Shown piece after piece: positions 13,173 through 28,749 of a stretch of DNA of 64,000 bases. The translations under genes were made by a program, and so were the position numbers. Source of the stretch: the human T2T-CHM13v2.0 reference genome, Homo sapiens; NCBI RefSeq assembly GCF_009914755.1, contig NC_060931.1, one strand, 5' to 3'. The notes beneath the pieces were generated by a model. That model searched no databases and was not told where the DNA came from. It saw only the letters and a list, made by a program, of their open reading frames with translations. Each line of letters starts with the position of its first letter. Within the stretch, counting starts at the first letter, position 1.

Positions 13173-14565
13173 CTGGAAAAGGCAGGCAATGAGAGAGTGA
13201 GGTCCAGCTTTGAGATGTGTGGGAGTCCCTGACCCAGGCCTTGGCCCTCACAAGCCTCAGAGGGGGGCTGTCCTGCTGCAGCAGTGAGAAGGTCTCTTGC
13301 TGGGTCAGCTTGCCTCTCTGGGCTGGCCCTCTCAGGGCCACAGCTGCATAGCCTGCTAAGCACCGCTGAGGACGCAGGTGGCAGCAGAGCCCTTGGCTTT
13401 ATCAAGATGCTCCCACCGGGGATTCCAGGGGAGGGCAGGCCTCTGCGTAGCAATGCCTCACCTCCTGCCAGCTGCCCTTCTGTTCTCCAGCAGTGGTAGG
13501 GCTCAGGAGTGGACGTCTGTCCCCTCCAAGTGCCTACCAAGAGGATTGAAAGTAAGGGCTCCTCCAGCAGTACCCAGCAGGCCTGCCCAGGGCGGTTGTA
13601 GGGGAGAAAGGGAGCCTCGGAGATGGCCTCTGGACAAGTGTCTTTTCTTTTCGAATATTTGACAGTGAGCAGGAGGCAGGCATTTGGCAGGGACGGTAAT
13701 CAAATGTCACAGCTGGCATGGCACAGGCATGGTCCAGACGAAAGGGGTGCTGGCCACAAGGCTGGAGCAGAGCCCCCATGGTGGGGAAGCTCGTGGTGCC
13801 TTGGGGGTGGGGTGGAAAGGGCCAAAATGTCCAAAGGAGTAGAGAGGGGGACTTGGAGGTTTGGGAGCAGCTAGTTCCAACCAAGGGCAGAAGTGCTTCC
13901 AAATCTGAACGGCCAAGCTGACCGCACCGGCTTGTTCTGCTCTGTCCCATATGAGGATCAGAAGAGATGCTCTGGGCCCCTGACCACATGAACACTTCAG
14001 CTCCTACATTCCCAATGACCATGGGCTATCCTGGGTCCTCTCCTTCACAGACAGGCAGGTTTTATATCACTTCTCCCAAGTGCCAGGTTCAACATCTACC
14101 TTTCAAGATACATCCAAGTGGTAGCATGTAACAGAAACACTTGTAAGCCTTTTTATTTCAGATACCTGAACGTGAAACAGTTTTCCCTTTATTTTTCTTT
14201 TTATCTTAACAAATGGAAGCTGTTTCCAAAGAGTCATGTAAACCAAATTTAAATAGTGCTGATATACTCAGTGCCACCAGGCCTTTGCAGCAATACTGAG
14301 ACTATTTCTGTCTGTGTTTTAAAAAAGACACTGGATAAAACACAAGATGCATTATTCTCAAATGTCAGAGTACTTTTTTTGAAGAAATAAACAGTCCATG
14401 TATCTTATACTCAACTGAGCCAAAACCCTCTCTTGAATGTCAAATCAGATCTAGATGCCAGATACCCAGGAAGACAAGGGCGGACTTGGCGGGGAGAGGA
14501 AGGCTGGACAGAGATTCCACTATGATCATGGATTTCACAATAAACTTGGTATTAAGAAAAAATAT

Positions 14566-14863
14566 GGCCAGGCGCAGTGGCTCAGGCCTGTAATCCCAGC
14601 ATTTTGGGAGGCCAAGGCAGGCGGATCACCTGAGGTCAGGAGTTCGAGACCAGCCTGGCCAACGTGGTGAAACCCCGTCTCTACTAAAAACACAAAAATT
14701 AGCCGGGCATGGTGGGAGGTGCCTGTAATCCCAGCTACTCAGGAGGCTGAGGCAGGAGAATCACTTGAACCTGGGAGGTGGAGGTTGCAGTGAGCCGATA
14801 TTGCACCATTGCACTACAGCCTGGGCTATAAGAGTGAAATTCCATCTCAAAAAATAAAAAAAA
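14566..14863 (+). mobile_element. Alu (AluSx-like)
   Basis: Full-length dimer with A tail. Confidence 0.95.
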
Positions 14864-15427
14864 GAGAAAAAATACATTTTTGTTGGAAAAAATTAGAAAA
14901 AAAAGTCATAGAAAAACAGGAAAAACTTGAATATGTATATATTTTTTAAACTCAACCTATTCAATATTTGTGGAATAATGAAACAGAGACAACAGACATC
15001 AAATGAGGCTTATTAGAAGAGAAACTTTTACGAAGTCCATTTTGATCATTCTAAGGTCAAGGAATATAACATTTCCTTTGGCCTGACAGTAGCAGTTAGC
15101 ACTCTATATCAATCAGAAACATGTGCTTACACAACATAACAGTCTCTGCACCAGCAAGGCCTCTGGGCTGCCACTCTCACCAGTGGCTCTAACTGTGGCC
15201 TCATACTAAAAGCCAGTTTCACATGATGAGCAAGCAGGATGACACTGGCAACACAGTGAGGAGGCCTAAGGTGGCCCTAAAGTTATCTTCAGGAATGGAT
15301 CTCACGCACTGTAATTGTTCAGTTTTAGAGAACAGCTAAATGAATTTCTGCCACTGGTTTTAGACATGAGCAATGTTTGAAACCTGGGAACAGCAGTTAA
15401 TGGCAACTGAAAAAGAAAATCAAGATA

Positions 15428-15726
15428 ATTTTTTTTTTAAAGAGACAGGGTCTCACTCTGTCACCTAGGCTGAGGGCAATGGTGCAATCATAGCTCAGTG
15501 CAGCTTCAACCTCCTGGGTTCAACCAATCCTCCAGCCTCAGCCTCTCCAGTAGATGGGACTACAGGAATGGGGATGCACCACCACGTCTGGCTAATTTTA
15601 AAATTTTTTTGTAGAGACGGGGTCTCACTATTTTGTCCAGGCTGGTCTTGAACTCCTGAGCTCAAGCCATTCTCCTGCCTCAGCCTCTCAAAGTGCCAGG
15701 ATTACAAGTGTGAGCCACCAACCCAC
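15428..15726 (-). mobile_element. Alu (AluJ-type)
   Basis: gagacagggtctcactctgtcacc...gctcaagccattctcctgcc, J-like and diverged. Confidence 0.9.
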
Positions 15727-16063
15727 AAGAAAGTATTATAGATGGTTTGGAGTAGTTACTTCAGAGCATAAGCTCTAATCTCACCTCACCTTTTCCCCTT
15801 TTACTTATGTCGTGGAAGTTTGCAGGGAGACAAAGGATAAAGGACATGTTCAGGGCTGGGAGAAAGGAGGCACAGCTCAATCCAGAGGAATGAAAACAGG
15901 CCAGATTTCTTTTTTGCCTACTTCAACTTGACTTGCCTGGAACTTCATGTACCCATCTCTCCCTGGCGCTACTGAGAGTGCTGGGGAGAGCCAACAGGGG
16001 ACATGTACACGCCGCGCATCCGTGTGATTATGGGCAGGTGCGTGAGACGCAGCGGGGCCTCAC

Positions 16064-16292
16064 CTCTTCTGTTGTCCCACGCGTAGAGCTCCTTTATCCC
16101 GAGCTCGTTCAGGGACTTGGACAGCTCCAGCTCCTCTCCGGCAATGTTGTCCCTGAGGAGAACCACGTGCTCTGGGCTGACCTCACACTTTGCACAAATG
16201 ACTGGGAGAATATTCTGGAGAGGAACCTCAGGGCTCACACGCACAACAGCTTTTTGTGTCCGCAGGTAATTCACGACCAAACGCACAGATTT
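16064..16292 (-). CDS. COBL: COBL coding exon 4 (229 nt), Cobl ubiquitin-like region
   Basis: Encodes [26 protein letters not shown]...ELYAWDNRR. Acceptor ttcttccag|A, donor GAG|gtgagg. Ends in phase 1. Confidence 0.96.
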
Positions 16293-17523
16293 CTGGAAGA
16301 ACACACAGGCAAAAAGAATTCAGTAAGATATCCTCCCACAAGCCTTCAACTCTTGTGTCAATTTGACAATTGGGTGTGGCAGGATTGTGTGTAGCCTGAA
16401 TCCTTCTTCCACAAATTGAGTGAGTAATGGGGGAAAACAGCATAATGAATATTGAAAAACAAATGTCTAGAATAATAAATCTGGTTTAGAATCTCTTGCT
16501 AGTGAACAAGCTGCTAACAACACAGCGAAATAAACATCAGGGAAGACTCTACATTTAAAATCCAACACATATACTTTACTGTCTTCCAAGGGTTCTGGCC
16601 AGATGTGAACACATGGCACTTATATGCATTTTCTAAAAAAAAAAGTTTGGAAGCAGTATGAATAATTTAAAGAAAAACCCTCCAAAAACATGACATCAAA
16701 GTTTTAAGGAGTCAAAATATCCACATAAATACAGGAATATCTATATATGTACATAGATATATATATATATAAATACATATATACTGTATATATGTACTAT
16801 ATACACACATATATGAAACATATACAGTGTGTACACAGACCTACATGTATTTATGTATACACACTACACACACGTATTTAAGCTATAAATATATTTTAAA
16901 AAACACCAGGCATATATAATAATCAGGAAGAAAAACACTCAGTTGACTAATGCTAATTCTAAATGACTGCAGATAAAGTGGTAGTCATTTTTCTCCCACT
17001 TTTTGATTATTTTTCTTCCGCTTTTACTGATCACTCTAATTGTGCTAAGACACTGTAGAGCTGGACACAGTAAATGTAGATTGAACAAAAGAGCAGCAAA
17101 GGAAGGCCTCACGCTCTCTTCCAGCCTGCGTACCAGGGCCCAGTGGCTGGGATAACAATGCATTTTGGGAGAAAAGACGGAACCTACTGCTCCTTTACTG
17201 GTCCTCTCCTGCCCTAACAAGTGGAATCATGCAGATGCCTGGGCTCACCTGCCCTGAGAAGCAGGAAGTCAAGGGAAGACGCAAGGTATATACAGAGATG
17301 CTCTGCCTCAAACACTGTTTACTTGAGGAATAAGGGGAAATCTCTGGTCAGAGTGTTCCAGATAACAGTGAGAATGCACTAACCAATCAATCCTAGAAAT
17401 TAATAGGAGATTAATGTTGGCTGCATTACCATTTTTAAAAGCAGGAAAATTTAGAAGGTCTGCTAAGAATATGAAAGTAACATTGCTTTTAATTTTAGCT
17501 AAAAGATTAATATCAAAGCCTTA

Positions 17524-18008
<485 letters not shown>

Positions 18009-18592
18009 TTAAATCTTCTATGGATACCAACTGCTTCCTGAGTCAGGAAGAATTCTAGAACTACACTGTCCAATCAGGTAGCCATTAGCTAGTGGCAATT
18101 TAAATTTAAAGTTAAAATTAAATTAAAAATTCAGTTTCTCAATCATACCTGCCACATTTCAAGTGTTCAAAAGCTGTGTCAATTAAAATGAAAAAAGAAA
18201 AATCTACATGAATATTTTAGATATTTAAGTTATAATAAACATACCAAATTTTTAAAAAAGCTGCATGCAGCCAGTGGCTATCATATAAGAAAGTACAGAA
18301 TTAAAGACCATGCCCCTCTTTGAATGAAGGTCTAATGGATAGCTCCACTGTAGATCAATTCCTCTTCTATAATATATAAAGAAGCAATGTTACAACAATA
18401 AACATTATTCAATTGTGTACATTTTGTCTCCTAAAACAAACTCTGTTTAGTGCCTAGCTTTGCCTGGCATGAAAGTAGCAGCCTCAGCCACAGCTCTCTG
18501 CACTGTACTTTGATAAGAAGAGCCACACTGGCCCCTACTCAGGACCTGCCACACATTCAGACACAGGTATTTCCATGTAGGTACCTACTAAC

Positions 18593-18803
18593 CTCAGGCA
18601 CCTTAGGGGGACCAGGCTTAACCTTCTCTTCAGGAACTTTTTCTTTCAGAAACACAGTATGCACATTCAGGGTCCCAATCAAAGTATTTGGCTTAAAACT
18701 CAAAGGTTGTTGGGTTTCTGAAGACCGAATTTCAAGGGCATGGTGGGATGGATTCAGGTGGTTCTGAAGGCAAAGTTCAACCAGTAGGTCCATCATCGCA
18801 TGG
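18593..18803 (-). CDS. COBL: COBL coding exon 3 (211 nt), Cobl homology region
   Basis: Encodes (S)[21 protein letters not shown]...[11 protein letters not shown]. Acceptor ttttcag|C, donor GAG|gttagt. Phase continues exon 2. Confidence 0.96.
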
Positions 18804-19164
18804 CTGAAAAAAGGAAAACAAATCATGATTATTAGGAATGACTGCACTCTCTCTTTTGCCTGGCTAAATAAGGGTAGAACAAATGAACAAGTGGATGAAT
18901 GAGCAAATTAGATATGCTTATGAAAAAAGACAACAGAAGCTCATTAATTCCTTCTGCATGGTTGTAGAGCAATATGTTAACATTTTCAGCACTAACAAAC
19001 AACACTATTGAAAGAGAAAAATCATAATTAATAGCTTGGAAAATAGTTATATTTTTAGTTAAATCCAAGGGTATGTTGAGTTGGATCATCTAAGGTCTGT
19101 TAGCACAAATATTTTTCATGCATACAAGACACTAAATTTTCAGTTATTCAGAAATATAATGTAT

Positions 19165-22100
19165 CTTTTTGATTTAACTTTTAAGTTCAGGGGTACATGT
19201 GCAGGTTTGTTACACAGCTAAACTTGTGTCATGGGGGCTTGTTGTACAGCTTATTTTATCAACCAGGTATTAATCCTAGTACCCATTAGTTATTTTTTCT
19301 GATCCTTTCCCTCCTCCCACCCTCCATCCTCTGAGAGACTCCAGTGTTTGTTGTTGTTCCCCTCTATGTGTCCATGTGTTGACATCATTTAGCTCCCACC
19401 TATAAGTGAGAACATGCAGTATTTGGTTCTCTGTTGTTGCATTAGTTTGCTAAGGATAATGACCTCTAGCTCCATCCATGTTTTTACAAAGGACATGATC
19501 TTGTTCTTTTTTTTAATGGATGCATAGTAGTCCATGGTGTATCTGTACTACATTTTCTTTATCCAACATACTATTGATGGGTCTTTAGGTTGATTCCATG
19601 TCTTTGCTATTGTGAATAGTGCTGCAATGAACATACACATGCATGTGTCTTTATGACAGAATGATTTATATTCCTTTGGGTATACACCCAGTAATGGGAT
19701 TGCTGGGTTGAATGGTAGTTCTGCTTTTAGGTCTTGGAGGAATTGCCACACTGTCTCTTCCACAATGGTTGAACTAATTTACAATCCCATCAACAGTGTA
19801 TAAGTGTTCCTTTTTCTCTGCAACCTTACCAGCATCTGTTGGTTTTTGACTTTTTCATGATAGCCCTTCTGACTGGTGTAAGATGGTATCTCATTGCGGT
19901 TTTGATTTGCATTTCTCTAATGATCACTGATGTTGAGCTTTTTTTCATGTTTGTTGGCCTCATGTGTGTCTTCTTTTGAAAAGTGTCTGTTCATGTCCTT
20001 TGCCCACTTTTTCTTTTTTATTATTATACTTTAAGTTTTAGGGTACATGTGCACAACGTGCAGGTTTTTAATGGGTTTTGTTTTTTTTTCTTGTAAATTT
20101 GTTTAAGTTCCTTTTAGATGCTGGATATTAGACCTTTGTCAGATGCATAGTTGGAAAACATTTTCTCCTATTTTGTAGGTTATCTGTTTACTCTGTTGAT
20201 AGTTTCTTTTGCTGTGCAGAAGCTCTGTAGTTTAATTAGATTCCATTTGTCAGGTTTTGCTTTTGTTGCAATTGGTTTCGGAGTCTTCGTCATAAAATTT
20301 TGACTGTTCCTATGTCCAGAATGGTATTGCCTAGGTTGTCTTCCAGGGTTTTTATAGTTTAGGTTTTAAATTTAAGTCTTTAATCCATCTTGAGTTATCT
20401 TTTGTACATGGTATGTGGAAGGGGTCTAGTTTCAATCTTCTGCATATGGCTAGCCAGTTCTCCCAGCACCATTTATTGAATAGGGAGTTATTTCCCCATT
20501 GCTTGTTTTTGTCAGCTTCATCAAAGATCAGATAGTTGTAGGTGTGTGATCTTATTTTTGGGTTCTCCATTCTGTTCCATTGCCCTATGTGTCTGTTTTT
20601 GTATAAATAGCATGCTGTTTGGTTACTGTAGCCCTATAGTATAGTTTTAAGTCAAGTAGCATGATGCCTCCAGCTTTGTTCTTTTGCTTAGGATGGCCTT
20701 GGCTATTTGGGTTTGTTTTTTGGTTCTTTGTGAATTTTAAAATAGTTTTTTCTAGTTCTGTGAAGAATGTCATTGATAGTTTAATAGGCATAGCATTAAA
20801 TCTATAAATTGCTTTGGGCAATATGGCCATTTTTAACAATATTGATCCTTCCTTTCCATTTGTTTGTAACATTTCTGATTTCTTTGAGCAGTGTTTTGTA
20901 GTCTCCTTGTAGAAATCTTTCACCTCGCTGGTTAGCTTCATTCCTAGGTATTTTATAATTTTTTTGTGGCAATTGTGAATGAGACTGCATTCCTGATTTG
21001 GCTCTCAGTTTAACTGTTATTGGTTTTTAGGAATGCTAGGGGTTTTTGTACATCGATTTTGTATACTGAGACTTTGCTGAAATTGTTTTACCAGCTTAAG
21101 AAGCTTTAGGGCCAAGACTATAGGGTGTTCTAGATATAGGATCATATCATCTGCAAATGGAGATAGTTTGACTTCCTCTCTTCCTATTTGTATGCCCTTT
21201 ATTTCTTTTTCTTGCCTGACTGCCCTGGCCAAAATTTCCAGTACTATGTTGAATAGGAGTGGTGAGAGGGGGCATCCTTGTTTTATGCTGGTTTTCAAGG
21301 GAAATACTTCCAGCTTTTGCCCATTCAGTATGATCTTGGCTGTGAATTTGTCATATATGGCTCTTATTATTTTGAGGTATATTCCTTCAATACCTAGTTT
21401 ATTCAGAGTTTTTAACATGAAGGGATGTTGAATTTTATCAAAAGCCTCTTCTGCATCTTTTGAAATAATCATGTGGTGTTTGTCTTTTGTTCTGTTTATG
21501 TGATGAAATACATTTATTGATTTGCATATGTTGAACCAACCTTACATCCCAGGAATAAAGACTACTTGATCGTGGTGGACAAGATTTTTGATGTGCTGCT
21601 GGATTCAGTTTGCCAGTATTTTGTTGAGGATTTCTGCGCTGATGTTCATCAAGGATAGTGGCCTGAAGTTTTCTTTTTGTGTGTGGTGTCCCTGTCAGTT
21701 TTTGGTATCAGGATGATGTTGGCCTCACAAAATGAGTTAGAGAGGAGTCCTTCCTCTTTATTTATTTATTTATTTATTTGGAACAGTTTCAGTAGTAATA
21801 GTACCAGTTCTTCTTTGTATATCTGGTAGAATTCAGCTGTGAATCCGTTTGCTCCTGGGCTTTTTCTTTTCTTTTTTTTTGGTTGGTAGGCTATTTATTA
21901 CTGATTCTATTTCAGATCTTGTTACTGGTCTGTTCAGAGATTCAATTTCTTCCTGGTTCAGTCTTGGGAGAGTGTGTGTGTGTCCAGGAATTTATCCATT
22001 TCTTCCAGATTTTCTAGTTTATGTGCATAGAAGTGTTCATAATATTTTGATGATTATTTGTATTTCTATGGGGTCAGTGGTGACACCTCACTTGCTATTT

Positions 22101-23745
22101 CTGGTTGTGTTTATATACATCTCCTCTCTTTTCTTCTTTATTAGCCTAGCTAGCAGTCTATTTTATTAATTTTTTCAAAAAAAAAACAGCTCCAGGATTC
22201 ACTGATCCTTTGAATAATTTTTCGTGTCTCAATCTCCTTCAGTTCAGCTCTGATTTTGGTTATTTCTTGTCTTCTGCTAGCTTTAGGGTTGGTTTTCTCT
22301 TAGTTATCTAGCTCTTTCAATTGTAGTGTTAGGTTGTTAAACTGAGATCTAACTTTTTGATGTAGGCATTTGCTGCTATAAATTTCTCTCTTAAAACTGC
22401 CTTAGCTGTGTCCCAGAGATTCTGGTATGTTGTATCTTTGATCTCATTAGTTTAAAAGAACTTCTTGATTTTCCCCTTCCTTTCATTATTTAACCAAAAG
22501 TAAGTCAGGAGCAGATTATTCAATTTCCATGTAATTGTATGGTTTTGAGTGAATTTATTAGTCTTGATTTCTAATTTGATTCTCTGTGGTCTGAGAGATT
22601 GGTTGTTATTATTTAAGTTTTGCATTTGCTGAGGAGTCTTTTATTTCTGATTATGTGATCGATTTTAGAGTATAAGCCATGTGGCAATGAAAAAATGTAT
22701 ATTCTGTTGTTTTAGGATGAAAAGTTCTGTAGCTGTCTACCAGGTCCATCTGATCCAGTGCTGAGTTCAGGTCCTGAATATCTTTGTTAATTTTTTGTCT
22801 TTATGGTCTAATATTGTCAGTGGGGTGTTAAAGTCTCCCACTATTAATGTGTGGGAGTTTAAGTTTCTTTGAAGGTCATTAAGAAACTGCTTTATGAGTC
22901 AGAGTGCTCCTGTATTATGTGCATATATATTTAAAACAATTATGTCTTCTTGCTGAATTTAACCCTTTACCATTATGTAATGCCCTTCTTTGTCTTTTTT
23001 TATCGTTGTTGATTTAAAATCTGTTGTGTCTGAAATTAGTATTGCACCTCCTGCTTTCTTCTGTTTTCCATTTGCTTGGTAGATTTTTCTCAGTCCCTTT
23101 TGTTTTGAGCTTACGTGTGTCACTGCATGTAAGACAGGTTTCTTGAAGATAGCATACCAATGGGTCTTGGTTCTTTATCCAGCTTACTACTCTGTGCCTT
23201 TTAATTGGGGCATTTAGCTCATTTACATTCAAGGTTAGTATTGATATATGTGGATTTGATCCTGTTATCATGATGTTAGCTGGTTATTTTGCAGACTTGT
23301 TTAGTGGTTGCTTTATAGTGTCAGTAGTCTGTGTACTTTAGTGTTAGTAGCTGGTAATGGTGTTTCCTTTCCATATTTAGTGCTTGCTTCAGGAGCTCCT
23401 GTAAGGCAGGTTTGGAGGTAAGGAATTCCTTCAGCATTTGCTTATTTGAAACAGATCTTATTTCTCCTTTGCTTATGAAGCTTAGTTTGTCCAGATATGA
23501 AATTCTGGGTTGGAATTTCTTTTCTTTAAGGATATTGAATATTGGCCCCCAATCTCTTTTGGCTTGCAGGGTTTCTGCTAAGAGGTCCATTTTTAGTCTC
23601 ATGGGCTTCCCTTTACAGATGACCTGATTTTTCTCTCTAGCTGCCTTTAACATTTTTTCTTTCATTTTGACCTTGGAGAATCTGATGATTATGTATCTTA
23701 GGAGGGATCTTCTTGTGAAGTGTCTTATTGGGATTCTCTGCATTT
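19165..23745 (-). mobile_element. 5'-truncated old primate L1 (L1PA13-16-like): ORF1 3' part, ORF2, 3'UTR; all disrupted
   Basis: ORF track shows ORF2 RT fragments ([38 protein letters not shown]), the endonuclease start (GSNPHISILTLNVNEL) and ORF1 (KEKMLKAAREK). L1 3' end at ~19165. Confidence 0.93.
20012..20065 (-). mobile_element. ~55-bp 3' terminus of a young L1PA (L1PA2-4-like) nested in the older L1
   Basis: ttattattatactttaagttttagggtacatgtgcacaacgtgcagg interrupts the host sequence gcccactttt|taatggg. Confidence 0.85.
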
Positions 23746-26170
23746 ATTTCTTTTACATTTTCCTAGCAGAATGTTTCTATTTATTTAAAGCTAAACTCTC
23801 TTTTCCTATGAATTTCCCAAGAAGTTGGGCACAGGTTTTTTTCCTCTGATCTATTCCTTAATAAGTAACTTGCATAATTCTTGCAGGACATAATTATGGT
23901 TTCCAGATGTTACCAAATAAATTGAAGATTGGGAACTCACAGGGCACTGGTAAACACACAGGTGCGAGTGACATCAGTAAGACAGTAGAACAGGAAGTCT
24001 CTGGCTCATGTACCCCAACAGAAAAAAATGATTTGGCAGCCTGCCATGCACAGAAGTTCCTTTGTAAGAGCTTTGGGATCCAGATAGGAGGTTGTGAAAC
24101 CCTGGTAGAGCCCCAGACTGAGGAGGGATACACTGAGAAATCAGGCCCACAGCCTGCTGGCAGGCTCATAGGCTTTGGTACCAGCTATGGACTGAAAGCA
24201 TCCCTGTCCTCCTATGAACTCAGCTCCAACCACAAGGAGCTGTGGTGCTTCCAAAAGTCCCATCTTCCATTTCCTGAGAGGGGCCATACCCAACCTATCC
24301 CCCCAATAACATGCTCGCTGACCTCAGACCCAACTGCAGATACTAAAGTAGTCATGTGACCTGGCTTCAGCCCCTCTCCACTGTGGCCTGCTGGGAGACA
24401 CGTCTATTCATACCCTTGGTGACAGGTTCCCCAAGCTCAGTCCCAACTGCAGACCCTGAAACGGCCAACTTACCTGACTCCAAACTCAGCTTGACTGAGA
24501 TACCAGAGGCAATAACATCAGTCTGGTGAGCTAGGAGTAGATCCTTACTTGCCAAAACCAGTCTGTAAAGACTGGAGATGTCTGCTCCTTCAAATGCACA
24601 GACACACACACGTTTACATGGACCACAAAGCATTAGGTAAACATAACACCACCAAAGTTAACTAACAAAACCCCAGTAACCAACCCCAGAAAAGTGGAGA
24701 TCCATAAATTACCTGAAAAGGAATCCAAAATAGCCATCTTAAAGAAGCTCAATGAGCTTCAGGAGAATACAGATTTTAAAACTAAATGAAATCAGGAAAT
24801 CAATACATGAACAAAATGAGAAATTTAATAATGAAACAGAAGCATCAAGAAGAAACCAAACAGAAATCTTGCAGCTGAAGAATACAATGATTGAACTGAA
24901 AAACCCAATAGACAGCTTCAACAGAAAACCTGATCGTGTAGGAAAAAGAATCAGTAAATCTGAAGCCTGGTCATTTGAAATTAACCAGTTAGAAGAAAAA
25001 AAAAAAAAGAAAAAGTGAAGAAAGCCTATGAAACTTACAGAACACCATCAAAGTGGTGGAAAGCCTATTTAAAGAAATAATGGCAAAAATCTTCCCAACT
25101 CTACAGAGGGAAGTTGACATAAAGTCCTAAGATCTTCAAATATATTAAACAAAAAGAGCACTACTCTGAAGCACATTATAGTTTGTCTCAAATATTAAGA
25201 GTTTTTCAGAAATAAAAGACAAAGAGACAATTTTGAAAGCAGCAAGAGAAAGGCACCTTGTCACACACAAGGGAAACATTGTAAGATTTATCAGCAGAAA
25301 CCTTGCAGGCCAGGAGACAATGGGATGATACAGCAAAGTACTGAAAGAAAAAAATGCCAAACAAGAATACTTTATCCAGAAAAACTGTAGTTTAAGGATG
25401 AAGGAGAGATAAGTCTTCCCCTGTCAAAACTAGGAAGTTTGTCACCACTAGACCTGCTAAAGTTAGTTTTTCAAGCTGAAATGAAAAGATGATAAACAGC
25501 ATCATGAAAGCATATGAAAATATGAATCTCACTGCTAAAGGTAAACACAGAATATTGTAATACTGAAATGGTACACACAAATCTCTTTAAACACTAGTAT
25601 ACAAATTAGAAGGCAAGTTGTCAGAATAAATATACCCACATAAATTTGCTAATGGAAATACAACACAGAAAAATAAAATCTGACATCAGTTACATAAAGT
25701 GTCTGTGGGAGGGGGAAGTAAACTGTAGAGCGCCTGTATATGATTGAAGTGAAGTGGATATCAGCTTCAAACAGACTGCTGTAACTATAAATTATTCAGT
25801 GTAAACTCTATGGTAACCACACACAAATACACACACGATGTACAGTAGATGCAAAAAAGATTAAGAGAGAAGAATCAAAGTACACTGCTACGATAATCAA
25901 ACCACAAAGAAAGATACCAAGAGGAGTAAGAGAACTATAATAAAGGTAGAAAACAAATGACAAAATGGCAAGAGTAAGTCCTTACCTATTAATAATTATT
26001 TGAAATTCAAATGTACTAAACTCTCCAATCAAAAGAAATACCGTAGATGAACAAATAAAATAATAATAATAAACTATGCTGTCTACAAGAGACTCATTTT
26101 AGATTTAAGGACACATAGAGGTTGAAAATAAAGAATGAAGAATGATATTTCATGAAAAAGGTTAAAGAAA

Positions 26171-26510
<340 letters not shown>

Positions 26511-27051
26511 CTATATTGTCATTAAATAAAATAGGGTTTAAGTCAAAACTCTCACAAGTGACAAACGTCATTATATAATGATATAAGGGACAATTCAACA
26601 GAAAGACCCAATAGTTATAAATATTAATACTTAAACCACCAACATGAAAGCACCTAAATATGTAAAGTAAACATTCATAAATCTGAAGGGAGAAAGAGAC
26701 AGCAATACAATAATAATACAATAATATGAAGAGACTTCAAAACTTTACTCTCTATAATGGATAGACCATTCTGGTAGAAAGATCAATCAATAAGTAAACA
26801 GAATAACTGAAAAACACTATAGACCACATTGACCTAATATATATAATGTCCATCTAATATCAGAAGAATACAGATTCTTCTCAAGAGCATGTGGAACATT
26901 CTTCAGGGTATATAACAAGTTAGGTGTCAAAAGAGGTCTGAAAATTTTAGTAAGATCAAAATCTTCCAAGTGCCTTTTCCAGCCATAATGGAATGACATT
27001 AGCAATCAATAACAGTATTTCTAAGAATGAAAAAAAAATACAAACATGGAA

Positions 27052-27785
27052 TTCACCTTCTGTGATATCATTTTACCCACAGTCTGAAGATATTAAATGG
27101 AAAATTTCATAAATGAACAACTCACAAATTTAATCAGTGTGATGAAATCTTGCACCATCCTGCCTCATCCTGCCTGGGACATCAACCATCCCTTTGTCCA
27201 ATGTATTCACACTGTATACTCTACCCACCTACTAGTCACTTCATGGCCATCTCCGTTATCAGATCGCTTGTCATGGTATTGCAGTGCTTGTGTTTCAGTC
27301 ACCCTTACTTTACTTAATAATGGCCTCAGACCTCAAGAGTAATGATGCTGGTTCTTTGGATGCCAAAGAAAAGCCATAAAGTGCATCCATTAAGTGAAAA
27401 GGTAAAAGTTCCTGACTTAATAAGGAAAGAAAAAAAAGTACACTGAGGTTGCTAAGATCTAGGGTAAAAATGAATCTTCTATCCCTAAAATTGTGAAGAA
27501 GAAAAAAGATATTCATGCTAGTTTTGCAGTTGTGCCTCAGTCTGCAAAAGTTATAGCCACGGTGTATGATAACTATTATAACAATATGGTTACAATTGTT
27601 ATATTTTATTTTTAAATTGATTCATTGTCAATCTTTTACTATATCCAATTTATAATTAAATTTTATTATAGATGTGTATGCATAGGAAAAAACATGGTAT
27701 ATATAAACTTTAGTACGATCTGTGGTTTCAAGCATCCACCAGAGGTTTTAGAACAAATCCCCCACAGAAAGGGAGGACTACGGTA
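27052..27785 (+). mobile_element. MER44/Tigger7-like DNA transposon nested in L1M
   Basis: gtctgaagatattaaatggaaaatt...gtgatgaaatct...catccctttgtcca...; terminal agaacaaatcccccacagaaagggaggactac. Confidence 0.75.
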
Positions 27786-27972
27786 CATGGAAACTACACA
27801 ACACAATCTTGAGCAACCACTGAGTCAAAGGAGAAATCAAAAGGGAATTTAGAAAATATCTTGAGACAAATGAACATGGAAACAAAAGTTGTCAAAACTT
27901 ATGGGATGGAACAAAACTAATACTAATAGGGAAGTTTATAGCAGTAAGATCCTACATTTAAAAAGAAGGAAG

Positions 27973-28305
<333 letters not shown>

Positions 28306-28432
28306 CTAACTTTACACTTCAGGGAACAAGAATAAAAACAAACTGAGCCCAAAGTTAGCATAAGGAAGTTAATAATAAAGATTACAGCAAAGATAACTGA
28401 AATAGAGAACAGAAAAATTAAAAAAAAAACTC

Positions 28433-28749
<317 letters not shown>

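Noticed and set aside
12880-14022. Cluster of long overlapping ORFs (153-181 aa)
   Set aside because: GC-rich intronic sequence with no recognisable protein similarity; only the 45-nt segment has splice signals and fits the COBL frame.
20352-23743. RT, endonuclease and ORF1-like ORFs as an active retroelement
   Set aside because: Fragmented by stops and frameshifts and 5'-truncated; a dead L1.
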